Notes under the pieces: generated by a model | The model's database searches: none | Told to the model about the DNA's origin: nothing | Seen by the model: only the letters and a program-made list of their open reading frames with translations | Assembly: GCA_003990765.1 (NCBI GenBank) | Contig: RBNJ01000104.1 | Location: 1-41,681, forward strand | DNA length: 41,681 nucleotides | From: Jimgerdemannia flammicorona | Lineage: Eukaryota | Direction of reading: 5' to 3' | Translations under genes and position numbers: made by a program | Shown here: positions 1 through 12,183 of the stretch, one piece after another | How the letters are laid out: each line of letters opens with the position of its first letter | Position numbering within the stretch: position 1 is the stretch's first letter

Positions 1-321
1 AATTTCCAAAATCGGCGATTCAGACGTTTTCCTTCATAACTCAGCAACGCATGATCCGATTTCAATGTTCTTGGTATCATTAGATAGGCCTTATTAAGGG
101 CTTTCAAATGACACCAAGATCATCAAATTTGGATGATTATTCATCAAGGTATTGATGTAAACATTTAATTGTCTAATTTGGAAATCAAAACAATGGTTGA
201 TTCGAATCCGATTCGAATCCATCCGGATGGGATTCGAATCCCATCTGAGTTGATCCGGATGGGATTCAATCCGAATCAATCCGAATCCAATCCGGATTAA
301 ATTGACTCGTTAGGAGCACTA
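1..321. mobile_element. Terminus of a young DNA transposon/MITE (hAT-like), inserted in gypsy gag
   Basis: CpG-rich unlike its flank. Dense subterminal GATTCGAATC/ATCCGGAT repeats, a perfect 20-bp palindrome at 226-245 and a hairpin at 69-81/107-119. Ends in ...GCACTA (reads TAGTGC on minus, hAT-like). From 322 the sequence matches gag at ~27277 (acctgaatggcttacaag). The other end is outside the window. Confidence 0.55.
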
Positions 322-2026
322 ATCTGAATGGCTTACAAGAAAGATCTGAGAACAAGGATGCTCAGTTGGTTGTAATTACCAACAATGATACCTGGTAAAA
401 ATCAAGACTATAGTCAATTGAATCCTGACAGCTAGATCAATTCTGCCTTGAAAATAATTCAACAATAAGGAAAAAACTTGGACCAAGAAAGAAGAACCCA
501 AGCATGAAGTACCTGAGCTCTCTCTATATCTACCACTTGGACACCCTTAAATCATAAACTCACCCAGCCAAGTATCTTCAAGAAACTCACTAAAGGAGAA
601 AGAAATAAACTTCAAAGAAGCAGAGCATACTTCTACTACCAAAAGACAGGACACATGGCCAGTGCCAGCCCCAACTGAAAACCCCAAACAGCAATATGAG
701 CAACTGTTACTTCTCTGCACCACCTCAACAATCTGACTACCAAAATACTGGACTTCATCAAGTTAAGGCAAACTGCTAAGGCCCCAACCAAAGGAAGTCA
801 AAAAGCAGCTGGATATGACCTATATATAGCTGAAAAAGCTATAGTTTCCAACTGAGAAGTCAAGCAAGTCTATACAGGAATCAGCATTCAAATCCCTGAA
901 GGACATATTAGAAGAATATGCTGTCATAGCAGCCTAATATTGAAAGAACTCTCAGTAGAAGGAGAAGTTATTGATGAGGATTGTATAGGTGAAATCATTG
1001 TCCTCATCTGAAACCATAGTTGGATACCCTTCAAGATTCCCATTGGTTTCTGTATTGCTCAGATCCTATTTGAGAAAATTGAGTCAACTCTGATAGTCAA
1101 GGAAGTCTCTGAACTACTGTCTACTATCCAAGGATCCAAGGGATTTGATTCATCAAACAAGACCTCAGCTTAACCTACTATAAATAAAAAAGAACAATTC
1201 TACAAGAAAATTGAAAATAGATTTATACCAAGTGACTGATGCCTCTATGGCATTAGAATGTACTCTTTTCAAATAACCAATAATTACTTCTCTTGTGTCA
1301 ATGAACTGGCCCAAAGAAGAATCAATAGAAGGAAAGCTCCTATAACTGAAATCACTACCATTTGATCAGATAAACTGCTTATACTGCAAGCTTTTGTTAA
1401 TAGAGTACCTGTTAAGATCATGATAGACAGTAGTGCCTCTGGCAACTTTATTAATAAAGAAACAGCCAACAGACTCAAGGTTCTGAATTGGTGACTACTG
1501 AGTATATGTTATACTCTAGATTATACTACTTTCTGACAATGAAATCATTCTTAGGACCCTATGGTTAAAATAAGAAAACCCTATGATTGATTGAATAAAC
1601 CACTCTCTGACTATTAAGAAAGAATGCCACAACTTCAAACTGTAAGGCAAAAAAGACCCACTCAGTTCTAGTGACTCTGAACCAAAAATTACTCATATCA
1701 ATAAGCTACAATTTAAGAAATTGACCAAGAAATGCCCTCTATTTGCTATCTCTATCTGTCTATCCAAAGAGAACCTGAAACCCCCAAAGAAGACTTTTCC
1801 AAAGTTGACAGCTGTGTTAGACCATTACTTCAGAAATTTCAAAACATATTCCTAAATTAACCTATAAAACCACCTATACCTGTCATCATTAATGATAAGA
1901 AAAAATACAAAGTTGAACAAATCCTCAACAAACACAACTATAAGAACTATCCAAATGATATAACAACACTAGATCAAATTAGAAGACCTCAATGAGAATA
2001 TTGAAAGCTAAGAAGGGAAGAGTCAA

Positions 2027-2139
2027 GTCCTTTAAGACCACTGATACTTGAAAAAATTGAGAAGATTAGCATGGCCCCTGTATAAAGATGACACTATCTT
2101 CCTGAGTAGATAGCCCTATATGGGTAAGTTTTTTTTTTT
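2027..2139 (+). pseudogene. U6: U6 snRNA retrocopy
   Basis: GAGAAGATTAGCATGGCCCCTG (2059-2080) followed by tataaagATGACAC is the U6 core with transitions. Decayed 5' stem gtcctttaagac, 3' T11 tail (2129-2139), 17-bp direct repeats at 2007-2023 and 2140-2156. ACAGAGA box damaged. Confidence 0.88.
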
Positions 2140-2156
2140 GCTAAGAAGGGGAGAGT

Positions 2157-3667
2157 TATAAGCACACAATCTCTAAGCCACCAAAATCATATATTACTCT
2201 CAGAACTAATTCAGAAACTACATGTAAGATCACAAAACAAGTTACTGAAGAGATCATCTAGTTATACAAAATATACCAGTATATATGAGGACTTACTACT
2301 AAGATACAAAAATACCAAAAGAAGTACTACAATTATAAGACTGACTCTGAACCTCTACTCATTAAGATAACCAGTCTTAGTGTACTGTACTATCACAAAA
2401 AAGAAACTGAAGTACCAAACTCAAACCAAAATGAGAAGAACCCTATCTCATCTACTAAAGGTTCATGAATTACACTTATCAACTCAAGACTAAGATATAC
2501 TGCAACTATATAAGACCTTATTACTTAGTAGAAGCAAAATATATTTGAATAACCCCATTTACTCTATCTATATTACCTCTATTGGAGAATAATAGATGCT
2601 TCATCTGAACTCAAGAAAGCTGACATTGTTAAAACCAATCTCAAGTCTATCTATATGACAGATATTACTACTAGAAATTGCCTCAGATTATAGAAAATAT
2701 CATTTCTAAGAGGTTTAAACTCTCAGCTGTGACAATGACAGCCCTCACTCTAGATAAAAATGGCCAGTCCTTGCAAATGTACCAGCAGTCTAAAAAAAAA
2801 GAGAACCAAGACCTATTATTCTTGTATAATTATTACTACTAAGAATAGTTTTAATTTTACAAGAGGCAGATATGATGACACCTTTGAAACTAATAATATC
2901 AGAAATCAGAAAACTGCTCAGATATTATCAGAAATGATGTCATCAATGGTGATATCATTGAAGACTACTCAGATAGTATCTAAATCTATAGATAGTCCAG
3001 CAGTTATTAGTATAGTTAGATTAGTCTCATATAATGTGACTGCAAACTAACTTAGCAATCAGATAATTTCTTAATATATTAGTTCACACTTGTACTATGT
3101 GACTGAATTCCAACTCAGCAAGATACTAAGTACTATATCCATATTCAGCATAGTCTAGATAGCCTCCTATTAGTATAAACTTCCCCCAGATCTCAGAATC
3201 TCAGACTTGAATAGATAAGAACAATTCAAATACAACTTCTGAACACTTCTCTACAATATCCCTTTATACAACTATTCTTAGTATAGTAATATCATTAATA
3301 GCAAATAAACCTATTTAATAATCTATAAACTACTCTTAAGTAAATCTACATCCCATTAGGTTCTATTTCTAACCATATCACAAAATTTCCTAATTGGGTA
3401 TTGTCTGCAGTGATATGCCAATTCAACTAAGCTAGTCTTAGTTTCTTAAACTTCCTGAAATATAGAAAATACTGAACATTCAGAACTAGTCCAAAAAAGA
3501 ACTTTGGTTGAGATATCAATCTAATTTTGAAATCAATAAGCATAAATAATATACTCTATATGAAATTGTTCTTGATCTTAAGAAAATAGTCTTTCAGAAT
3601 ATCCAGAACTTCTAGAAAACCCTTTCAGAAATATATAACATTTATCTTAATAAGTAACCCTCTTACA
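2157..3667 (+). repeat. 3' LTR of the deleted gypsy element (variant middle segment)
   Basis: Follows the PPT; starts TATAAGCAC (TGTAAG mutated), ends CTTACA. First ~100 bp and last ~740 bp match the LTRs at 23651 and 32237. Confidence 0.88.
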
Positions 3668-3900
3668 GGACCTCTATAATATAGGTTGTTAGATAATATA
3701 TCAGTTGCTGCAGTGATTTCTATAGTATTGATTATTGGAGATAAGCTGAATATTATTTATCTATATCATTCATATCTTATTCATTCATTCATCATTCAGC
3801 ATATATTACTTTTATTGTAATGTTATTGTTACTGAGTTATATGATTACTTATTATATCTTACTATGTCTCATCTGTTTATTTTATTATATTCTTCTCCTC

Positions 3901-5130
3901 TTAAAAATTAATATCTATATTGATTCTAAAGTTGAGAACTAAGAGAGAGGTTGTGGCATCCTTCTCATCCTCAATGCTATCACTTTCTTATCCAGTTATA
4001 AGAGGAGTTATTGTTGACTTAGTATCAAATATTGAGAAATCAATAAGGTTTGCAAATAGTTCTTGGGCATCTGCAGAAATTGGTTTAAGTGTCCTCTATC
4101 TAATATGATTGGGGCTATCCAGATACAGAACTTGCTAGTTATATCTAGAGATGTTCATTCAGTTGAGAGGTTCTTCAAAAAGATCAGAAAGATCTTAGAG
4201 TTATTGATTAGAGTTGTTATTTAAAAGGGAACTCTAATAGAGTTCACAGTGAGTAGACTTGAGAGTAATTCAGAAGAGAGCTTTATTAGTTATCTTGATT
4301 TTGAGTTCATTAATCTCAGAGCAGAAAAGGTTTTGAAAATTCTTTAGTTATATAAAGTTGAAGTTGAAGATTACAAAAAGTACATATCAGAATCTTCTTA
4401 GCTAGTCTTTGTTTATATCTATCTAATTAGATCTAGTCAGTAACTTGTTCAATAGTTAGGTCCTTGCTATATTGAGAAAGTTGGTATCCAATTTCATACT
4501 TATATCAGATTTTCAAATAGTTAGTAGTAAGATAGGTTCTTTTAATGACTTCATAGCAGTTGAGAATAGAGTGTTCCAGGTTCTGGCTGGTGAGATTAAG
4601 AGTCTCAGAGCAGTGATTTCTTTCTTAGATAGCAACCTGGATATATCCAAAGAGACAGTCTATCTTACTTAGAAGAGGTTAACTAGGGTAGACAGTTTAA
4701 CAGTGAGTAGCAGAGATTTTTGTATTCTTTTTTCTTTGAGAGAAAAGGAGATAAGGGTTGCAGTATATTTCTGCTCTGGGTATTTATGTCTTTTTACTAG
4801 TATGGTATAACCTCTTTTTAGTTTAATCATATTTCTCATGATTGTTATAGAAATGTATAATCTATTAAAGTAATCAGAGCATATACTGGTCATATGAGAA
4901 ATATTAGATATCACTGGCTAGAAATTTCCTACTTTTGACTTTAGATAGAGAATTGGTCACTCTGTTAAGATATTGTCCTCCAGACTATAGACTGAGGGTT
5001 CAAATCTAATCAGAAGACTTTCTGTAGCTACTGATAAGTACTATATATTAATATAGTTATTACATATTGTACTAATTATGTTATGGTCCTTCTGATTTAA
5101 CTATATAAGAGGTCTAGAGGAGTTCTTCAT
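3901..5130 (-). pseudogene. Degraded extra ORF (~410 codons) between chromodomain and PPT; function unknown
   Basis: One frame from ATG 5130 to TAA 3901 contains track ORF 4669-4914 and reads protein-like with ~20 internal stops. No recognisable domain. Confidence 0.5.
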
Positions 5131-6351
5131 TAGAACAATCTTTTTGTCCTATAAATTAATTATTGTATTTCTTTTTACTCAATATTCATTATTGTATTTA
5201 TATTTTCTTTATATATATTACATCTTTTAGGCTAGAGTTATAGTTCTATTCTTTACTGTGAGGTGAGTATTTATATATAGTCCTAGAGAGCTTCATATGT
5301 ATTTTCTAATACTTCTTTCTTTTTCCAGATAGTGTCATCAGTAGGATAACTCTTCAACTTAATGAGAAAGAACTGTTTGGCTTCTTTTGAGTATTTATGA
5401 ACCTTATGATCAAGAACTTCTTTAATTCAAATTTCTCATGATTATTAATCCCAATTGGAAGTAGTAGTGGAACTATATACTTAGAGAATAGGTTCTCATA
5501 GTAGTCAATCAGTTGACTGATATAGAATACTGAGTGAACTCAGATATTATAGGGAAGCTATAGCTTATAGTTAATATTCCACAATCTGGTATAGTCTAAT
5601 AATTCTGACATAAAGCTTCTTAGATAGTTATTGTATTAAGGTATCTGGATTGAGATGGTCTATTCTGAGTATACATAACTCTATCATTAATATTATAAAA
5701 GGCTTCTCTTTGCTTCAAGTTAGCATACTTAGTCTAGTAGTCTTACACTTCAATAAGAGTATCTCTTTTATTAGTATGAGGTCAGATTCAGTCTCTGCTA
5801 AGTTCTGTATAGCTATAGCTACTAATTTCACAACTATACTTAAGATTCTTAGATATTGATCATAATTTAGAAAGAATGGAGTCTTCTTTATAGAGATTTG
5901 TTAACTATTATTATAGGAAAACTCAGTATAGATCAAGTACTTATTTCAATCATTTTGCTTATAATAATTAAAGATACTAAGTATCTGCTTGAGAGTTCTA
6001 TTTGTAACTCAGTCTATCTATCTGTCTGGGGGTAATAGTCTGTGGAAAACTTCAGCTTAGTATTATAGAGTATGAAGAATGCCTTCCTGAAGTTATTTGT
6101 GAACTTGAAATCTCTGTTAGATATGGTAGTACTAGATATACTATATAGTCTGAATACTTGATTAATAAAGATTTCTACAATCTCAGGGGCCATAATAGTA
6201 ATCTTAATAAGTAAGAAATAGACTTATTTACTCAGATAGTCTACAAATACTACAATAACATCCTATTCTGCCTTGATCTTAGATAGCTCAATAATGAAGT
6301 CTATGGCAATCTAATCTCAGTTGTTGTTAGAAATAGGCAGAGATTGCAAGA

Positions 6352-6780
6352 TATAAGAGTATATAGTCAAAAACAGAATATATCCAAAATTGGCAAAATT
6401 CTGAATTCTGAAACACATATGTAATTAAAAGAAGTCTATTTCTATTTTTATCTCTAAAGTACTCTAATTACTTAGTAGAGTATTCCAGATACTTCTTGTA
6501 GTTTTGTAGAGGCATTACTAGTATTCTAATAGGTTTGAGAGAATAGAGACCTCTATGTATAAATAGTATAGGATTTGAGTATATAATAAAGGACAGAGTT
6601 GATTTAGATAATCAGAATACATATCCTGAGAATTTATAGATCTAAGAATTATATATACAAGTGAGTAAATTCTTTAGTAAATATATTATAACTACTACAC
6701 ACTTTTTCAGTCTACATCTAGACCAATTATCACTCTTTGACTATTAAGCAATTTCAGTAGAGACTGCCAAATTCCATACA
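6352..6780. mobile_element. Probable solo LTR inserted in the integrase of the minus-strand element
   Basis: Splits the integrase GLL|QSLP motif. Termini TATAAG (TGTAAG-like) and ATACA; flanks caaga / gaaga (imperfect TSD). Confidence 0.55.
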
Positions 6781-9700
6781 GAAGACCTATAGTTAGCTTA
6801 TTACTACTCTTAAATCTTTTATATATCTTATATAAGACTATTAAGGTCTTGATATCCTTAGTCATTCTTGGTCAGTAAAATTCTCTTGAGAGGAGATTAT
6901 AGGTTTTTTTTTTTGAAACCAAAATATTCTGCCATAGAAATGTTATAGAGTTTCTGTATTATTTTGAGTTATAGATTATTATTCTTGAGTACTACCTCTC
7001 TATTATACATAGTCTCTATAGATGAGTTCTTTATAGTAGATGAATCTTTTGATCATTCTTTTTATAAATTTGAGAACTTCAGCCTCAGGGTCTTCACAGA
7101 GTTAACAGAGAACTGTCTTGCTGATAACTATTCTTAATAAGCTAGATGAGATCACTAATGACTTTAATTATAAAGATAAGTTTTTTTTCTATATATCTAA
7201 AGAAATCATCAGTTATATAGTTAGTTTTGCCTGAGATATACTTGATTTTCATATCAAAGAGAGCAATTATTTCCATCTAACAGACTTGTCTGTAGATCAG
7301 TATAGACTGAGTATAAATATATTACAGAGTATAGTAATTAGTATAAGCCATAAATAGCTATCTCAGGAGAAAATAACACTATTTCTAAAGTGTAGTGACA
7401 ATGGTCAGAAGTTCTTTCTCATAGATAGTATACTAGGTTTCTACTGGTTTGAGCTTCTGGGAGAGATAGGCTACTGAGTGGTCTTCTTGGCTAAGTATTG
7501 CCTTAATGGCAATATCAGAGATATCTGTAGTCAGTGTGAATACTTTGATAGAGTCTTGTGTAATTATTACAGAAGTCTCAGTAAGGAGCTGCTTGAGGTG
7601 GTCTATAGTCTTAGTATATTCAGAGATTTATTTAGTCTTAATATTTACTCCTTTATAGGCCAGACTGGTCAGTTGGGCTTTAATTACAGAGTATCTCTAG
7701 ATGAATCTTTAGTAGTATTCTGCAATACTCAAGAAGTACTAGAGTAGCTTAAGGGTAGTAAGGATGGAAATATCCTAGAAAGCTAATATCTTTTGAGAGT
7801 TTACATTAATTCCTTTAGCAGAGATAATATATTCTAGATATTTGATCTAATCTTGATAGAACTTACAATTGCTCATCTTAACATAAAGCTAGTATTCTTA
7901 CAATAGAGTTAGTATCTGCTAGAGATGAGAGTGGTATAGTTTTACTATTTTACTATAGATCAGTATTATTAATATATATCAAAATATAAATATTAAGCAA
8001 TAATTCAAAGATATCATTTATCAGGTTTTGGAAAATTACTAGTATATTGGTCAAGCCTAAAGGTATGACTTGGAACTAGTAGTATCTAAAATATATTTGA
8101 AAGGCTGTCTTTTTAATATTTTTTTCTCAATGAGAATTCAGTGGTATCTATTTTATAAGTCCAGTAGAGAGAAAGTCTTGACCTTAAAGATCTGGTATAA
8201 TAATTTATTAATTCTGAGCAAAGTATATCAGTTCTAGATGATAATCTTATTGAGAGCTCTATAATCAATATATATTCACAGAGAGCTATCTTTCTTCTTA
8301 ATAAACAGGATGGGGGCTTTGATTGAGAAACAGCTGAGTTTAATATATTTTTAAACATCAGCTCATCCTTGAGAATTTTTAGTTCAGATTGGGCCAACTA
8401 ATAGATACTCTTATATAGTAGTTTGGATTCTAGAATGAGATCAATCTTATGTTGGATTTGGTACTTTGATAGAAGTTCTCTGAATTTCTAAAATATATAT
8501 TAGAATTCCTCAAATAGTTCTTAAACCTCTGGTGATACTGAGTTGCTTGAGGCTTCACTGACTTCTTGTACTGTGCAGATGTAGTATATATTTCTCTTCT
8601 TATAGAAGAGTCTCTTTATCTAAATGGCAGAGATGATCTTGATTCCTTGGTGGATGTTGTCTTTCTGAGACATTAGAGTGATCTTTCTTTCTTTATAAGT
8701 TAGATTGACCTCATTGGTTCTCTAGTTAATACCTGGGTTACTGGGTCAACTAAGCTTTTCCTAAGATGATATCTTGTTCTAGGAGATCCATAATACTAAA
8801 GTCCAACTTTTCTTGATATTTACTAATTTTGAATAATAGGTTTTTACAGATTCAGATCAATAGTACAGAATTGCCATCACTAAAGGTGAAACTTCTTTTT
8901 TCAATAGTTGGCTTACTTTGGGTTCCAATATTCTTAGTAGTCTTAGTACAAATATAGTTTTCAGTAGTATTACTATTTAGTAGAATATTGACATCTAGTC
9001 AGTGAACTTAATTGTAAACTTGAGTTAACTGTTCTCTTTCTTAATAGTATTGATCTCTTTATTATTATTATTCCAAGTATTCTAATTGCTATTAGTCTCT
9101 TCAAAGTCAGTCTTTTTCTATTCTTTATAAGAGATGTAGTCTTATTGAGATTCCTCAGTCTGTTGGGCTTATTATCTTTCAGATTGAATTTTGAAAACTC
9201 TGAAGAAATATGTATGGTATTCTTTGATATATTCTATATCCTATATTTGAATAGAATAAGAGTATTATTCACATAATGTGTAACTATTTATAATTCTCTT
9301 ATATCAGTTTTATCATTATTTTTATTTATAGTAGTGATTTTTTACTAGAGGATTTATTAGTAGATCTAAATCCTTTCTTGCCATAGTCTGTCTGGGTAAG
9401 TTCAGAGACTTCTTTGATAGTGAGATCTTGATGAATTACTTTGATAATAGCCTGGAAAATCCTTTGACCTATTTTGTCTTTAAATGATATATTATCAAAA
9501 TTTATAGATTTTGCTAGTAAAGTCTTGATAAATGACTCCTCCTCTTAGATCAATGTTGAATTCTTTAGTCAGACTGCTTCATTCAGTAAAATAAATATAT
9601 GTTTCTTGGAGAGCTTGTATTGTAAATCCTAGTATATACTATAGTATTAGTGCTTAGTGAAATTATAAGATTCTGACTACTATAGAGGTCATATCCAGTA

Positions 9701-11289
9701 TCAGTAGGGTGAGCCTTAGTGGAGATACATAGTTGTCTTATACTATATTTTCTATACTTTAATAACATTTTCAGAGTTCTCTTCCCTCAGGCCTTCTCCA
9801 ATAATAGTAATGGTCTGATTACTGAGTTCATCTGAAGAGTTGCTGTTTCTTTTCTCAGGACATCTGAAGGAAATATGTTCTGTTTTCTTATAGATAATGT
9901 ATAATTCTTTTTTATAAAGCTATTTCTTTTCATCCTTGTTGAGAGGTTCAGGTTTTCTATGATTTTACTGATTTCTCTGATCTCTTTAGTCATTTTTTCT
10001 GAGAGAGTTCCTCTTGTCCTAGTTGTCTTTTTTGTATTCTTGATTTTGTACTGAGTAATAAGGATTTCATGGGCTCTTCTTTATTCCTGGGCAAAATACC
10101 ATGAGTAATGTGGGCATTCTTGGAGGAGGTCCTATTTCTTATCTTTTAGATAAGTTCATCTAGTAAGAATGCAAAAAGGTAATTAGCTCTGGTGCTATTG
10201 ATTGCCAGATTGTTTTTCTAGTAGATAAGTTCTATAGTCTTGAGATAGACATCTATTCTATTAATAAAGATTTCTAAGTTCTCTTTGCTATTTTTGTGAA
10301 CTTTATCTAAACTAGTTTATTCTAAGTTTCTTATATATTGACTATATTTCTAAACTTGTTCAGTAGTAGGGTCTTGAGTTTTGAATCTACTATATGGTTT
10401 TCTCAATCTAGTCTATTTGTGGTGGCTATCTGTTCAGTTACTTGAGAATAGTTTTCTCAGATTACTAGGTATTCTTTTAAGATATACTAGATTTAGCTGC
10501 TGTTTCTATAAAGAAGATTGCAACTATTTCTACCTATGCTGCTGATATGGTAAATACTTATTAGAGTGTACTATTAATATTATTAGTGAGTATTTTTATA
10601 GATACTTAGTTATTATTCTATATATTAATTAGCTTAATATCCTATATTTACTATATTGATAAATGTTTTAATATCACTATTCTTTTCACTGAAAGTTAGA
10701 ACTCTCAAGATCTTAGAGAGTTTGTTCTGTTTAGAAATTTATTCTACTATTTTGCTAATATAGCTAGCTGGATAGTTAGGGTCTGATATTTATATCTGCT
10801 ATTATATTGATTACTAGTAGTGTGTCTGTAAAGGTGAATTTTTCTAAAGATTATTCTGTCTACTGTAATTGTAGTGCTGAGTAACTTAGAATTGCTTGGT
10901 TCTTAGAGACTAAGTCAAAAAGTTCTATAAGAGTGAGTAAACCAAACTATGATATAGATACTTATATTAGTTCTGAGGTTTAATAGATCTGATCTTTTTG
11001 ATCTATAGATCCTTGGAAAATTCCTAGGTCTGCTATTTCTTGTTGACTATTATTAGACTGATATTTTGCAGAATCTTTATCAGAATCTCTTCTCTGATGA
11101 GATAGTATATTCTTATACTAGCTGGATTCTTCAAAAAGAGTCTTGATATCTAATTAAGTGAATGGGTCTACTTCTTGATCAGAGATTTAAGATAAGAGAT
11201 CTGACTGCTTATTTTCATATCTTATAATAGTATTGACAGAATATATAGCTAACCAATAGTAGAGAGATATTTAGATAAGAGTATAGTAA

Positions 11290-11472
11290 TGGTCTGATTC
11301 AAACTCTATTTTTAGAAATTAAATAACTTGATGAATACATATCCAAATTCAATGATCTTTAGCTTGTTAGATTTCTCTTATATGGGGAAATCTAACAAGC
11401 TAAAGATCATTGAATTTGGACATATATTCGTCAAGTTATTACATTTCTAAAAATAGGTTTTGAATCAGACCA
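11290..11472. repeat. ~180-bp near-perfect palindrome (foldback/MITE-like)
   Basis: tggtctgattcaaa...tagatttc and gaaatcta...tttgaatcagacca are reverse complements with almost no loop; centre ~11381. Confidence 0.9.
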
Positions 11473-11474
11473 AT

Positions 11475-11695
11475 ATATATAATAGCTAAGTTATAATTTT
11501 TTTTTTTATTAATTATCTTTTATAACTATAAGATTTTTATATCTATAAGATTTTTATAATTATAAGTTTCTCATAAATATAAGATTAGATAACTACTAAC
11601 TATATATAATACTATACTATATTGAGAATCAGATTTAGAAACTATAATCAAATATTTATCTTTTTAATTATTTTTAATTTAGATTAATCATTATA
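11475..11695 (-). repeat. Truncated, extremely AT-shifted LTR of the third family
   Basis: Reverse complement matches the start of 40372-40858 and 36795-37283 (e.g. atttgattatagtttctaaatctgattctcaatatagtatag). Confidence 0.7.
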
Positions 11696-12183
11696 CTCTA
11701 TATATATAATTAGTTTTAATATTTTATATTTATATTATTTATATTTATTTTAAAATAATACTTGTATTTAATCAATAGATTAATTAGTATTTTCAAATTT
11801 ATTATTTTAATAATTAATAAATTTTATAAATATTAAATATAATATAAAAATATTAAAATATAATATTATATATTAATATTTCATATAAAATTATATATTG
11901 TTTTTATAAAACTATATCAAAAACCATAAAACTCAATTTTAGTATACATTTGATCTAACTATTTATTTTTACTCTACAATCTATTTTACTAATATTTTCA
12001 CTATATACAATATTAATACTGAATATAGCATATATCTTAGTGATAAATTTGAGTAAACTAAAAATAGTGTCCAGGTTTGTAAAATGAAAAGCAAATATTT
12101 TAAATCCATTCACCAGAAAAATATTGTTCAGTCATATACTGATCGCTTTCCACTCTATAAATGGGGAGCTACCCGTTAACCAC

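Larger units (their letters stand above)
322..3667 (+). mobile_element. Internally deleted Ty3/gypsy element, same family as 23651-34301 (gag C-term, dUTPase, protease, chromodomain remnant, PPT, 3' LTR)
   Basis: Colinear with 27277-28898, 31591-31696 and 32158-32236. AAGYDL dUTPase motif ~805, IDSSASGNFI protease ~1425. RT/RNaseH/IN absent. Confidence 0.9.
3668..11289 (-). mobile_element. Heavily mutated Ty3/gypsy chromovirus, second family: gag-CCHC, dUTPase, PR, RT, RNaseH, IN, chromodomain, extra ORF, PPT, partial 3' LTR
   Basis: Minus-strand remnants: zinc knuckle ~9855-9900; TGYDLY ~9690 and YGKKGFRST ~9360-9385 (dUTPase motifs 1 and 5); LLNSNTTENYI ~8955-8985 (PR); APILFIKKKD..YIDYRALN ~8250-8317 and YINNILIYSK ~7950-7980 (RT); LTTDISDIAI, YEKELL ~7405-7535 (RNaseH); IAIDFIIEL, VFVDYLSK ~6225-6315 (IN); FLIKLKSYPTDDTIW ~5325-5370 (chromodomain); PPT 3890-3902; LTR from 3889 leftward, cut at 3668. 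Confidence 0.88.

Noticed and set aside
94-279. 61-aa ORF with SNPIR-like repeats
   Set aside because: By-product of subterminal DNA repeats.
198-300. CRISPR-like or telomeric repeat array
   Set aside because: Irregular short palindromic units, no unique spacers, eukaryotic TE context.
2027-2139. Functional U6 gene
   Set aside because: ACAGAGA box and stems mutated; flanked by a TSD inside a TE.
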